Shown piece after piece: positions 18,263 through 27,927 of a stretch of DNA of 64,000 nt. Numbering within the stretch: position 1 is the first letter of the stretch; every line of letters begins with the position of its first letter. A program made the translations under genes and the position numbers. The stretch is from an uncultured Verrucomicrobiae bacterium (GTDB lineage Bacteria > Verrucomicrobiota > Verrucomicrobiia > Chthoniobacterales > JAFAMB01). The stretch covers positions 3,648,001 through 3,712,000 of the forward strand of contig CAWIPH010000002.1 in the NCBI GenBank assembly GCA_963837955.1. The letters are read 5' to 3'. The notes under the pieces were generated by a model. The model did not search any database. It had not been told where the DNA came from and saw nothing but the letters and a program-made list of their open reading frames with translations.

Positions 18263-19351
18263 TCAGTCTTTCGCCGATTTCGGGTTGCAGGCGTCGCTTA
18301 AACCGTCTCCGAGAAAGTTCAGCGAGAACAGAGTCAACGAGAAGAACGCGGCAGGAATCCAAAGCAGCCAAGGAGAAGTCTCCATGGTTGCAGCCCCTTC
18401 AGAGATGAGCACGCCCCATGAGCTCATCGGCGGAGGGACGCCTAACCCGAGGAAACTGAGCAAAGCCTCAAGCAACATAACGGCCGGCACGGTGAGCGTC
18501 GCGTAAATCACGATCACGGTCATAACGTTTGGGATCAGATGCCGAAACATGATGCGACCCTCGCTTAAACCGAGCGAAATCGCCGCCTCAACGAACTCTT
18601 GGTTCTTGAGCGAGATGATTTGGCCACGAACAATTCGCGCCATCGTCAACCATTCCACCGCACCAATTGCGACGAAGAGCAGGATGAAATTCCGGCCAAA
18701 AAATACCATCAGAAGAATGACGATTACCGTAAACGGAAGGGCGTAGAGCACGTCGACGATCCGCATCATTACATTGTCTACCACGCCCCCGACAAAGCCG
18801 GCCGTCGTACCCCAGACGACACCGATGATAACCGAAATGAGCGTGGCGACAAATCCAACCGCCAATGAAATCCGACCCCCGACCAAGACTCTGGTTAAGA
18901 GGTCCCGACCGAGTGCGTCGGTACCGAACAGGTGCTTTTGGTTAGAACTCTGGTAAATGAATGCACCTTCGCTGTATGGCTCCCCGCGGGCTAACGTTGC
19001 AATGATTTGTTTGCGTTCGTCCCGCGCTTTTTCCACAAATTCATCTTCGATGTTAGTTAATGAGTAGAACCCAACCTTCTTTTCGCCATTCTTTAGCGTC
19101 TCCGTTCGTTGAATGATTTTGTCTAACGGCGGGCTGGCCTTAAGCGTCAGATCCGTTTTCTCGTAGGTATAACCGGTTACTAGCGGTCCGATCAGACAAA
19201 GCAGGATGATAGTGACTAGGCAGCCGAGGCCAAATAGAGCCAACTTATTTTTGCGAAGCCGGTACCAGGCATCCGTCCAGAGTGAGCTACCGTGCACGAA
19301 TTGCGCTTCGTTTTCGGCGATTACGGGAGAGTCAAGCACGCTGGGAATCAT
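18263..19351 (-). CDS. oppC: Oligopeptide ABC transporter permease with a ~60-aa insertion
   Basis: LWTDAWYRLRKNKLA, HLFGTDALGRD, EFVEAA, LSFLGLG. Confidence 0.9.
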   Translation of the reverse strand: MIPSVLDSPVIAENEAQFVHGSSLWTDAWYRLRKNKLALFGLGCLVTIILLCLIGPLVTGYTYEKTDLTLKASPPLDKIIQRTETLKNGEKKVGFYSLTNIEDEFVEKARDERKQIIATLARGEPYSEGAFIYQSSNQKHLFGTDALGRDLLTRVLVGGRISLAVGFVATLISVIIGVVWGTTAGFVGGVVDNVMMRIVDVLYALPFTVIVILLMVFFGRNFILLFVAIGAVEWLTMARIVRGQIISLKNQEFVEAAISLGLSEGRIMFRHLIPNVMTVIVIYATLTVPAVMLLEALLSFLGLGVPPPMSSWGVLISEGAATMETSPWLLWIPAAFFSLTLFSLNFLGDGLSDACNPKSAKD

Positions 19352-20277
19352 TTGCGAGTGCGCGGGTCCATCACACTCTGGAGTAAATCAGCTAGCAGGT
19401 TAAATACCACGATGAGCACAGCAAAGAATGCCACGGTGCCAAGAATCAGAGGATAGTCCCGATTAAAGACCGATTTGATAAATTCCTGGCCCAATCCCGG
19501 TACATTAAAAACCTTTTCGACCACAAATGAGCCACTGATTAATCCGGCAAACTGGGGTCCCAAGAATGAGACGACCGGGAGTAAGCCACCACGCATGGCG
19601 TGTTTGAAAATGATGTCGTGATCGGGTACGCCTTTAGCGCGGGCCGTTCGGATAAAGTCCTGGTTCAACACATCAAGCATACCACCCCGGGTGAGGCGCG
19701 CGACGTAAGCAGAATAAAACAGGCCCAAAGTAACGGCGGGCAAAATCATCGGATGCAAAGGCGCGTAGTCTAACCCATACCATCCACTTACCGGAGCGAT
19801 CTTTAGCGTCAATCCAAAGTAGACGGCCAGGATCGGACCCAGGACGAACGTGGGAACACAAATGCCGGCCATTGCGAGCGACATCGGCAGGTAATCCCAA
19901 ATCGTATTTTTATAAATCGCTGCCACCACTCCCGCGCTGACGCCAATAACCAAAGCAATTAGAAATGCCAGCGTTCCGATCTGGAGGGAAATGGGAAAGG
20001 ACCGGGCTATGACTTCGTTAACAGAACTGGATTGATAGGTGTACGAGGGCCCAAGATCGAAGTGGGCTACGTTGCCAATGTAGTGGAGATACTGTTCCCA
20101 GAGCGGTTTATCCAGTCCGTAATATTCGTTGAGCTTCTGAATGACTTCTGGAGTTGTGTGTCCCTCCGCACTGAAGGGACCACCCGGAATAGATTTGGAA
20201 AGAAAAAAGGTGACCGTCAATACGACCCAAATTACCGGAATCAGTTGCAATAGCCGGCTGACGATCAGTTTGATCAT
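19348..20277 (-). CDS. oppB: Oligopeptide ABC transporter permease
   Basis: IPGGPF, YGLDKP, DFIRTARAKG, NRDYP. Confidence 0.9.
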   Translation of the reverse strand: MIKLIVSRLLQLIPVIWVVLTVTFFLSKSIPGGPFSAEGHTTPEVIQKLNEYYGLDKPLWEQYLHYIGNVAHFDLGPSYTYQSSSVNEVIARSFPISLQIGTLAFLIALVIGVSAGVVAAIYKNTIWDYLPMSLAMAGICVPTFVLGPILAVYFGLTLKIAPVSGWYGLDYAPLHPMILPAVTLGLFYSAYVARLTRGGMLDVLNQDFIRTARAKGVPDHDIIFKHAMRGGLLPVVSFLGPQFAGLISGSFVVEKVFNVPGLGQEFIKSVFNRDYPLILGTVAFFAVLIVVFNLLADLLQSVMDPRTRK

Positions 20278-20283
20278 TGGGTT

Positions 20284-21942
20284 TTAGTGGGCCGACGAAA
20301 GCTGGGGAGTTCCGGTCTCCTCCAGGTCGATGAATTTGTAGTTATGGTTGTCCAGTGCCATTGGGTTCCAATTCTTCACGCTCGGCTGCAGCAAATAGAA
20401 GGTTGTGTACCAGTAGATAATGACCCCGGGCGGCTCACTCAACCAGAGCTGTTCAGCTTGATGGAGAATCGCAAAGCGTTTCTTCGGATCAGCAGTCCGA
20501 GCAGCTTCGTCCAACAACTGATCGTAAGCGGGGTTGCTCCATCCGGTAGCATTGTTGCCGTCTCCAGTGCGCCACATGCCCAGAAAGGTAACCGGGTCCA
20601 TGAAGTCGCCAATCCAGCCGTAACGTGCCACGTCGTAGTTCAAGCTATTCATGGAGTCCATGAACACTTTCCACTCTTGATTCTCGATCCCAACATCGAT
20701 GTTCAGCTCTTGCCTCCACATCTGCTGGATCGCCTCCGCCACAGTCCTGTGCGCCTCGCTGGTGTTAATGAGGATGGTAAATTTCGGGAAACCTTTTCCG
20801 TTTGGGTATCCGGCTTCTGCCAGCAAGCGGCGGGCTTGTTCCGGATCATAGTGGATCACATCCAGCGGTTCATAATCTCCCATTCCGGGCGGTGTATATC
20901 CGGTTGCTGGCTTTTGCTTGGCGCGCATGATGTTCTCGACAATCGATTTCCGATCCACTGCGAGATTTAAGGCTAAGCGCACTTTCGGATTGGCCAATGC
21001 TTTCCGCTTCACGTTGATCCGGTAAAAGTAAACTCCTTCGAACGGATCGATCCGAATCAATTCGGGATGCTCGCGGCGGTAGTACGGAACTTTGTCGAGC
21101 GGCGTCTGAAGGATCTTGTGCAATTGGCCGGCCCGGAACGCCCGCTCCTGCGTATTATAATCTTCGATCGAGTAAAAATTGATCCCGTTGAGCTTGACGT
21201 TCGCTGCATCCCAATAGAGCGGATTTCTGACCACTTGAATGACGTCATTTTCTTTCCAGGTCTTAAGCAGGAACGGACCTGTACCGGCATAGTTCCCCGG
21301 ACGCGTCCACTTGGTATCGCGCTCATCGATCCTACCAAACTTCAAAATGGTAGCTGGATGCACCGGAAACCAAGCAGTGTGCAGAAGCGCAGACAGAAAA
21401 TAGGGCGCCGGCCCGACTAGTTCGAACTGCAAGTTGCGATCATCGAGCGCTCTAACGCCGACCTGATTAAAATCAATAATCCTCCCTTCAGCGTAATCTC
21501 TGGCGCCCTTCAAGATATAAAGTGCATCAATATAAGGGGCGCCGAGCGTCGGGGTGAGAATGCGTTTGTAGGAAAAGACGAAATCCTGAGCTGTTACCAG
21601 GTCTCCGTTCGACCATTTGGCATTATCGCGCAGATGAAATTTCCAGACCGAGTAATCTTCATTGTGCTCCCAGCGGTCCGCCAGACCAGGCAACTCTTTC
21701 GATTGATCGTTCGGATCATACTCCATCAATCCCTCCATCAACCCCATAATGATGTGATGCTCTGGGACTCCCTGCGCAGTCTGGGGATCCAGGGTCCGCG
21801 GCTCGGTGCCTTCGCAAAGCAGCAGTATTTTGCGCCGATTCGCTTCCTCCAATCCCGGTGGACTCGCAGCGTTGAGTTTCGCAGTAGCAACTAAAAACGA
21901 AGCTGCGGTAATGGTTACCCAAAGGATCAGCCGAACATTCAT
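20284..21942 (-). CDS. oppA: Oligopeptide ABC transporter substrate-binding protein
   Basis: EPRTLDP, FHLRDNAKWSNGD, GTGPF, GWIGDFMDP; signal peptide. Confidence 0.9.
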   Translation of the reverse strand: MNVRLILWVTITAASFLVATAKLNAASPPGLEEANRRKILLLCEGTEPRTLDPQTAQGVPEHHIIMGLMEGLMEYDPNDQSKELPGLADRWEHNEDYSVWKFHLRDNAKWSNGDLVTAQDFVFSYKRILTPTLGAPYIDALYILKGARDYAEGRIIDFNQVGVRALDDRNLQFELVGPAPYFLSALLHTAWFPVHPATILKFGRIDERDTKWTRPGNYAGTGPFLLKTWKENDVIQVVRNPLYWDAANVKLNGINFYSIEDYNTQERAFRAGQLHKILQTPLDKVPYYRREHPELIRIDPFEGVYFYRINVKRKALANPKVRLALNLAVDRKSIVENIMRAKQKPATGYTPPGMGDYEPLDVIHYDPEQARRLLAEAGYPNGKGFPKFTILINTSEAHRTVAEAIQQMWRQELNIDVGIENQEWKVFMDSMNSLNYDVARYGWIGDFMDPVTFLGMWRTGDGNNATGWSNPAYDQLLDEAARTADPKKRFAILHQAEQLWLSEPPGVIIYWYTTFYLLQPSVKNWNPMALDNHNYKFIDLEETGTPQLSSAH

Positions 21943-21953
21943 GGAATGTACCG

Positions 21954-24218
21954 CTAGTTGATTCCCAGCTTCTTCAGGAATGGATCAGTCGAGTGCTTGC
22001 GACCGAGAAATTTCTCCACGGAGACCGTAACATCACGCGAATCTCCTACAGCATAGATCTCGTCCCGCAATCGCCGGCCAACGTTAGCATCGAGAAAACC
22101 GTCCGGAGCGCTTTGGAAGACCGACGCCATGTCGGCAGCTATGTCGTCCGCCCAAGCATAGCCATAATAACCGGCGTCGTACCCGCTGAACAAATGCCCG
22201 AAAGAGGCCAAGACAGCGGTCGACGGATCAGATGGAAGAAAAACATCGTACAGGATCGAATTGGCGTAGCCGTTGAGATCCGCTTTCTGAGCGGCGGTTA
22301 ACGGCTGGTGGATCGACAAATCCAGTAGCCCAAAGCAGAGCTGGCGACGGTATGAACATGCCTTTGTCGCCAAGTCAGCCTCTTTGAGTTTGGCCAAAAC
22401 ATCAGTTGGAATTTTTTTCGAAGGATCCCGATAATCGGCGGCAAAGCTGTCGAGCACTTTCTTGTCCCAGGCGAAGTATTCAAGCATTTGGGAAGGAGCC
22501 TCTACGAAGTCGCCCGGAACGTTGAACCCGGAAAACCGGACGTAATTGACCTTGGTCAATATGGCGTGCATGGCATGGCCAAATTCGTGGAAAAGGGTGA
22601 CCACATCCTGATGATCGGCCAGTGAGGGCTTATCACCGGATGGAGGTGGAAAGTTGCAAATCAGATCCACGACCGGTCTCTGATATTTTCCATCGGGCAG
22701 CAGTCCGCCATCGATCAGCGCGAAATTGGCGAAGTGATTGTATTTCCCGGGACGAGGGAACAGATCGAGATAGAACATTCCCAAGGGCTGGTGCGTTTGC
22801 TGATCAAGGATAGCATACAGTTTTACGTCGCTTTGATAGACAGCCGGTGGGTCGACCGGACGAATTTCTACTTGGAAAATGTGTTCGTAAATTTTGAACA
22901 TGCCCTCGAGCACCTTATCGAACGGGAAATAAACCCGAAGTGCCTCGGCATCGACATTGTACTTTTGTTTCTGAAGGAGAGCGGAGGCGAAGTACCAGTC
23001 CCAGAGTTTCACGTCCGGCGAGGTGGCCCCGGCAACGCTCGCTTTCGCTTTCTTCAGTTCGGCTATTTCCGCCTGATATTTTGGCTCCAAGGCGATCTTC
23101 AACTGCTCTTCGAAATCGAGCGCGTTCTTGCCGCTCTTGGCCATCTTGACCTCTTCCTGGAAATCGGCCCAGGACGTATAGCCAAGAAGCTGGGCGAGCT
23201 GGGCGCGGACCTCAACAGCCCGGCTGACCAACGGCAGATTCTTCTCCTTCGCTCGCGAATCGTGCACCAGGCAGAGGCGCTTGCGCGTCTCCTCTTTAAC
23301 GCAATTCTTCATCGCATTGAGATACTGAGGAGGCACATTGGCATCGACCGTGTACTCGTTTTCGCCGGTCTTCACCTGGCTGAGAAAGTCATCTGATACG
23401 CCTTGCAGATCGTCTTTATTAAACTTCACTGGGGCTGCGGCGTTATTAACATTGACCAAAAAGTGAGCCTCAATACTCGTCAGCTGCTTACGCAACGCCT
23501 CAACTTCTTGCTGTTTCTCTTCGGGAAGTGTGAGCCCGGCTCGCTTATAACCGCGGACGGTAAATTCGATCAACCGGGCATCTTGACCCGCCAGTTGAGG
23601 ATTGGTGTCGAGGTATGCCTTGATCGAACGATAGACATCCTTTCTATAATCGATTCCGACAGTAAATGTGTCTAGCTTTTGGACCGCATCGAGGCCGGCG
23701 CTGCGCATTTTGGGATCGGGATGCGCTTGTTCCAGAACTCCTACCCGGTGCCCGGTTTGGCCTATTTTCGTATAAACATCGTTCAGGGCCCGGACGGTGT
23801 TATCGAAGGTTACACTCTTAGGATCTACTTTGGCGATTGCTTCTAATTGGCTATTTGCCTCAGCGATAGCCGCATCGACATTTGCGTCTACTTGAGCTGG
23901 AGTGGTTTCCCAGTCCGGCAAAACCAAAACCGTGTCGAACTGCGACGCCTGATTTTGGAGGTCGCTCAGCTGAAGTTTGGGGGCTGCTGAATCACCTGGC
24001 GGGTCGGACTTCGGCGGTTCCCCCGCTCGAACCGTAGTGAAGCTGCAGACGGACGCGATCAGGATTGTACTGGCTACTTTTAAATACGTGGTAGAGCGAG
24101 TAGAAGTGCCGGTTTGGTCAATGAAAAACGGGAACGGTTTGCGAGACAAGCGTTTGATCACAAAGGTGTTGGATAGGTAATGGGGGCACCTACAACCGTT
24201 CTCGCCGGAAGCAACCAA
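21954..24218 (-). CDS. M3 family zinc metallopeptidase (thimet oligopeptidase-like); start uncertain (GTG 24161 is an alternative)
   Basis: TLFHEFGHAMH (HExxH), DFVEAPSQMLE, GYDAGYYGYAW; signal-like segment ASTILIASVCSFTTVRA. Confidence 0.9.
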   Translation of the reverse strand: MVASGENGCRCPHYLSNTFVIKRLSRKPFPFFIDQTGTSTRSTTYLKVASTILIASVCSFTTVRAGEPPKSDPPGDSAAPKLQLSDLQNQASQFDTVLVLPDWETTPAQVDANVDAAIAEANSQLEAIAKVDPKSVTFDNTVRALNDVYTKIGQTGHRVGVLEQAHPDPKMRSAGLDAVQKLDTFTVGIDYRKDVYRSIKAYLDTNPQLAGQDARLIEFTVRGYKRAGLTLPEEKQQEVEALRKQLTSIEAHFLVNVNNAAAPVKFNKDDLQGVSDDFLSQVKTGENEYTVDANVPPQYLNAMKNCVKEETRKRLCLVHDSRAKEKNLPLVSRAVEVRAQLAQLLGYTSWADFQEEVKMAKSGKNALDFEEQLKIALEPKYQAEIAELKKAKASVAGATSPDVKLWDWYFASALLQKQKYNVDAEALRVYFPFDKVLEGMFKIYEHIFQVEIRPVDPPAVYQSDVKLYAILDQQTHQPLGMFYLDLFPRPGKYNHFANFALIDGGLLPDGKYQRPVVDLICNFPPPSGDKPSLADHQDVVTLFHEFGHAMHAILTKVNYVRFSGFNVPGDFVEAPSQMLEYFAWDKKVLDSFAADYRDPSKKIPTDVLAKLKEADLATKACSYRRQLCFGLLDLSIHQPLTAAQKADLNGYANSILYDVFLPSDPSTAVLASFGHLFSGYDAGYYGYAWADDIAADMASVFQSAPDGFLDANVGRRLRDEIYAVGDSRDVTVSVEKFLGRKHSTDPFLKKLGIN

Positions 24219-24226
24219 AATTTGTG

Positions 24227-24441
24227 GTAGCCTGATGCTTCCGGCTCAGGGCGCTGGTGATTGGTGATCAGTGATTAGTGAAAGGAGTGGTAAAAGGGGC
24301 GGTGAGAGATTTCGGGCAGGATTTGCCGATAGGCGTTCACCATTCACTTCTCACCAATCACCTCTCAGGCGCTGTTCCCTGAGGCTGGCTGTCCGCCGTA
24401 GTTTGCGGGTTTGGGGGACGAAGGAGGAAGCATCAGGCTAC
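24227..24441. repeat. Family D GTAG palindrome with internal heptamers and a family C insert (24389-24427)
   Basis: GTAGCCTGATGCTTCCGGCTCAGGG ... CCCTGAG-GCTGG[insert]AAGCATCAGGCTAC. Confidence 0.82.
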
Positions 24442-24456
24442 GTCTGAAGCATCAAG

Positions 24457-25098
24457 CTACGTCCGGTGGAATCGGTCGTCGGTCCAAGGATCACCGTAGT
24501 CGCTGTACCCGCGATCCTCCCAATAACCGCGAATGACCGAGGACCGAAACTCAATTGAGCGCACAAACTTGGCGCCCTTCCAGGCATAAAGTTTCGGGAT
24601 GATCATACGAGCGGGACCTCCGTGTTCGCGTGCCAGCGGTTGACCATCCAGGTGAGTGGCAATGAGGACGTCATCGTCCAAACAGGGCTCCAGCGGGACG
24701 TTCGTGGTGTATCCGTCATAACCACGAACGAAAAGGTTGCTTACCTCTGGCTTGGGTTTCACTAGATCGACGAGCGTGAAAAAGGCAACACCGCTCCACC
24801 GGCAATCGAACTTTGACCAGGTAGTGACACAGTGAAAATCGCTGAGGTCCTCGAAGCGAGGCAGTTGAGCCATCTGATCCCATGACAGCTTGACTGGATT
24901 TTCCACCTCGCCCATAAGCTCAAGCGTCCATTCTGATAACGCGACGCTCGGTTGGATGCCCAGATCCAGGACCGGGAACCCGTTCGTCAAATGCTGACCA
25001 GGTGGAAGCCGAGCGCTCGAGCGCTCCAGAACACGCGAAGTCTGTCCGGCCATTTTCTTGGCCCACCGTTCTTTGCGTTCAAGGATCGACGGATTCAT
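24457..25098 (-). CDS. Molybdopterin-dependent oxidoreductase (sulfite oxidase-like, YuiH/MsrP type)
   Basis: LPPGQ, DFHCVTTWS (Mo-ligand Cys), EHGGPAR, YAWKGAKF, GYWEDRGY. Confidence 0.88.
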   Translation of the reverse strand: MNPSILERKERWAKKMAGQTSRVLERSSARLPPGQHLTNGFPVLDLGIQPSVALSEWTLELMGEVENPVKLSWDQMAQLPRFEDLSDFHCVTTWSKFDCRWSGVAFFTLVDLVKPKPEVSNLFVRGYDGYTTNVPLEPCLDDDVLIATHLDGQPLAREHGGPARMIIPKLYAWKGAKFVRSIEFRSSVIRGYWEDRGYSDYGDPWTDDRFHRT

Positions 25099-25852
25099 CG
25101 GGAAGGCGACGAGAAATTTTCAGAATAGCATCTCGCAATTCTGCAGCTCGCTCGTACGCCTCTTCAGCGATAGCTTTTTCGAGATCTCGCTCCATCAATT
25201 CCAGTGGGGACAAAGGGATATTCTCTCGCACTTCTTTCAGCCACTCATTAAGAAAAGCCAGTTCGGAACTAGACTCAATCCATTCCGGCTGATTAACGGA
25301 TTGATAGAATTTTTCGATCTGCTGCTTGCCGTCTTCGATCAGGCGGATAGCCTTGCCGGCATTGCCTTCCTGGATTTCGAGTGAGGCCCGCGCTCGAATA
25401 TTCATCATCATCACATAAGGACGGAACTGCTCAAACGCCCACTTCGACTCATCTTCCTGAGTGTGCTGAGCGACGAAGTTAAACAGCTCGAGGTTTCTTT
25501 CCGTGTCCCGAATAACGTTCGGATAATCCCGCAATTGGAAAAGACTTAGATATCGGTGGTAGTACTGGACGCCCTCCTGTTGCAGGGCAACCAACTCCGC
25601 TTCGCTTAACTCGTAAGACGTACCGCGCGACTCGGCGTTTCGCAGCTTAGCCTCATGATATTCCAGCAAAGACTCAAAGCCAAAGGGACGCTGCCCATCC
25701 GGCCGACCGGTCATTTCCATCTGGATCAGACCAAGATCGATGCGTAACTGGACCTTCTCGCGCCCATCAATCCCGATAATTTTGCGCGCCTTCACTTGAC
25801 CGGGCTCGTGTCCCCACCCGTCCAATAAGCTGTTTAAGTCCAGGTTACTCAC
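25079..25852 (-). CDS. Conserved protein with a C-terminal UVR (UvrB/C) coiled-coil motif
   Basis: C-terminal LEKAIAEEAYERAAELRD; N-terminal QLRIDLGLIQMEMTGRPDG. Confidence 0.75.
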   Translation of the reverse strand: MSNLDLNSLLDGWGHEPGQVKARKIIGIDGREKVQLRIDLGLIQMEMTGRPDGQRPFGFESLLEYHEAKLRNAESRGTSYELSEAELVALQQEGVQYYHRYLSLFQLRDYPNVIRDTERNLELFNFVAQHTQEDESKWAFEQFRPYVMMMNIRARASLEIQEGNAGKAIRLIEDGKQQIEKFYQSVNQPEWIESSSELAFLNEWLKEVRENIPLSPLELMERDLEKAIAEEAYERAAELRDAILKISRRLPDESVDP

Positions 25853-25944
25853 TGGTGAAATATCAAAACGACGGAGGCGATTGTCAAAATCCGAAGTTCG
25901 GTATCAGAAGATACGAAGCTGAATGGCTCAACCAAACCCCCGCT

Positions 25945-26018
25945 TGGCTACCGCGCATGGATTCGAACCATGAATAACGCCTCCAAAGGGCGCTGTGTTA
26001 CCGTTACACCACGCGGTA
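25945..26018 (-). tRNA. tRNA-Gln (anticodon TTG), CCA encoded
   Basis: Reverse complement TACCGCGTGGTGTAACGGTAACACAGCGCCCTTTGGAGGCGTTATTCATGGTTCGAATCCATGCGCGGTAGCCA folds to a cloverleaf with a TTCGAAT T-loop. Confidence 0.96.
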
Positions 26019-26069
26019 AAGTTTAAGGAGAACTAGTTAAGACAAAACCGAGAAGACGCAAGCGGAGAT

Positions 26070-26151
26070 TCGGTAGGCAACGTCCTTCGGTAAAAGCACA
26101 AACGGCTCAAGCCGGCGCGGCTGATACCGCCCCAAGCTTTCGCCCTACCGA
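26070..26151. repeat. Family A GTAG element, partial
   Basis: AAACGGCTCAAGCCG...GCTTTCGCCCTACCGA resembles 1068-1118. Confidence 0.75.
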
Positions 26152-26202
26152 TCAGGGGGTGCAATACGCCGCATGATTCGAAAGTGCTCATTCAGGGGGC
26201 AT

Positions 26203-27735
26203 CTATTTCTCGACTAGCAGGGAATGGCCAGTCATCTCCGATGGTTTCTCTAAGCGGAGCAGCTCCAGCAATGTCGGCGCTACATCCGCCAGGATTCCGT
26301 CTTGCAACTGAAAACTCGACGCATCTTTGGCTACGTAAATGAAATGCACCAGGTTGGTGGTGTGCGCCGTGTTGGGCGAACCATCCGGATTCCGCATCAA
26401 TTCGCAATTGCCGTGGTCCGCGGTCACCAACGCTTTGCCATCTAATCGAAGCGTTTCTTCAAGCACTTGGCGGACACAATCGTCAATGGTCTCAACTGCC
26501 TTGATTCCCGCTTCGACGACGCCGGTATGTCCCACCATGTCAGGATTCGCGAAATTGAGTATCACCAGGTCATAGTCCTTGAGTCGTTTTACTACCTCTT
26601 TGGTAACCTCCGGCGCACTCATCTCCGGCTGAAGGTCGTAGGTCGCCACTTTCGGCGAGGGCACGATCACTCGGTCTTCGCCCGGGTAGGCGATCTCGAT
26701 TCCGCCGTTAAAAAAGTAAGTGACGTGCGGATACTTCTCTGTTTCAGCAATCCGAAGTTGCCGCTTTCCTGCATCGCTTACAACCTTCCCAAGTATATTT
26801 TCCAGAGTCTGTGGCTGGAACGCCACTGGGCAATCGTAAGTCTTGTCGTACACAGTCATCGTTACAAAATGGACCTTCGGAAACATTCCGCGATCGAAGC
26901 AGGAGAAATCCGGAAACAAAAAGGCCTGAGATAGCTGGCGGGCCCTATCGGCGCGGAAGTTGAAAAAGAAGACAACGTCTCCGTCGCGAATTTGGGGGCC
27001 GGGCTGATCCGAAAAGACCATCGGTTTCAAAAACTCATCGGTTTGGCCGGCCTTGTATCGCTGCCGCACGGCTTCAGGTATGGGAACTTTTGGCCTCTCT
27101 CCCAAGCCTAAGACAATAGCGTCCCAGGCGAGTTTCGTGCGATCCCAGCGCCGATCTCGATCCATGGCATAGTATCGCCCCACCACGGTTAATATCTTGG
27201 CACCGGTGGAACGCACTTGCTCTTCGACAGTAGCGAGAAAATCGGCCCCACCCGTCGGAGAGGTGTCCCGGCCGTCGGTAATAGCGTGGATAAAGATCTG
27301 CTTTACGCCAGCTTCGGCAGCGGCCTTCACCAGCGCGATCAGATGATCTTGGTGACTATGGACACCGCCATTCGAAACCAGCCCAATAAAATGCAGCCGC
27401 GATTCGGCGGCCTGAGCAAAAGCCTTCCGAACTGTTTCGTTGCGCTGAAGCTCACCGGCGGCGATCGCCTGATTAATGCGCGTGAAATCTTGGTACACGA
27501 TTCTCCCCGCTCCGAGATTGAGATGCCCAACCTCAGAGTTTCCCATCTGCCCCTCCGGTAGTCCGACATCCAAGCCGCTCGCACTCAGGCGACTTACCGG
27601 ATAGGTGGCGTAGAGGTGATCGTGATGAGGCGTCCGCGCCAGCAGTGTCGCATTGCCATCGGCCTCAGCAAATTCTCGGCCGCGCGGGTTGATTCCCCAA
27701 CCATCCCGGATGATCAAAATGACAGGTTGCGCCAT
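26203..27735 (-). CDS. gpmI: 2,3-bisphosphoglycerate-independent phosphoglycerate mutase
   Basis: GQMGNSEVGH, DGRDT, GRYYAMDRD, AETEKYPHVT, NFANPDMVGH, TADHGN. Confidence 0.97.
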   Translation of the reverse strand: MAQPVILIIRDGWGINPRGREFAEADGNATLLARTPHHDHLYATYPVSRLSASGLDVGLPEGQMGNSEVGHLNLGAGRIVYQDFTRINQAIAAGELQRNETVRKAFAQAAESRLHFIGLVSNGGVHSHQDHLIALVKAAAEAGVKQIFIHAITDGRDTSPTGGADFLATVEEQVRSTGAKILTVVGRYYAMDRDRRWDRTKLAWDAIVLGLGERPKVPIPEAVRQRYKAGQTDEFLKPMVFSDQPGPQIRDGDVVFFFNFRADRARQLSQAFLFPDFSCFDRGMFPKVHFVTMTVYDKTYDCPVAFQPQTLENILGKVVSDAGKRQLRIAETEKYPHVTYFFNGGIEIAYPGEDRVIVPSPKVATYDLQPEMSAPEVTKEVVKRLKDYDLVILNFANPDMVGHTGVVEAGIKAVETIDDCVRQVLEETLRLDGKALVTADHGNCELMRNPDGSPNTAHTTNLVHFIYVAKDASSFQLQDGILADVAPTLLELLRLEKPSEMTGHSLLVEK

Positions 27736-27795
27736 AGATCAGGAACTAGCGCATGGTATGGGCAACCCGCAATTAGGAACTTCCCAAACCGAAGT

Positions 27796-27891
27796 TTACC
27801 GCTTGGTTGGACTCTTGGTTGCCTGCTTCTTCCGACGAAGATATTCTTTTCGCCGACGGCGTTTCTCGACCTTGTTGTGTTGCTTACCCAT
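27796..27891 (-). CDS. Putative 31-aa highly basic small protein
   Basis: Manual translation MGKQHNKVEKRRRRKEYLRRKKQATKSPTKR. It sits in the gap between two co-oriented genes. Confidence 0.55.
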   Translation of the reverse strand: MGKQHNKVEKRRRRKEYLRRKKQATKSPTKR

Positions 27892-27927
27892 GGCAAGGCG
27901 ATAACGCCGGAAGCCGCTCCGTGTCAA

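Noticed and set aside
25945..26151. tRNA-Gln as an island integration site
   Set aside because: No integrase or duplicated tRNA 3' end was seen; the flanks are ordinary genes.
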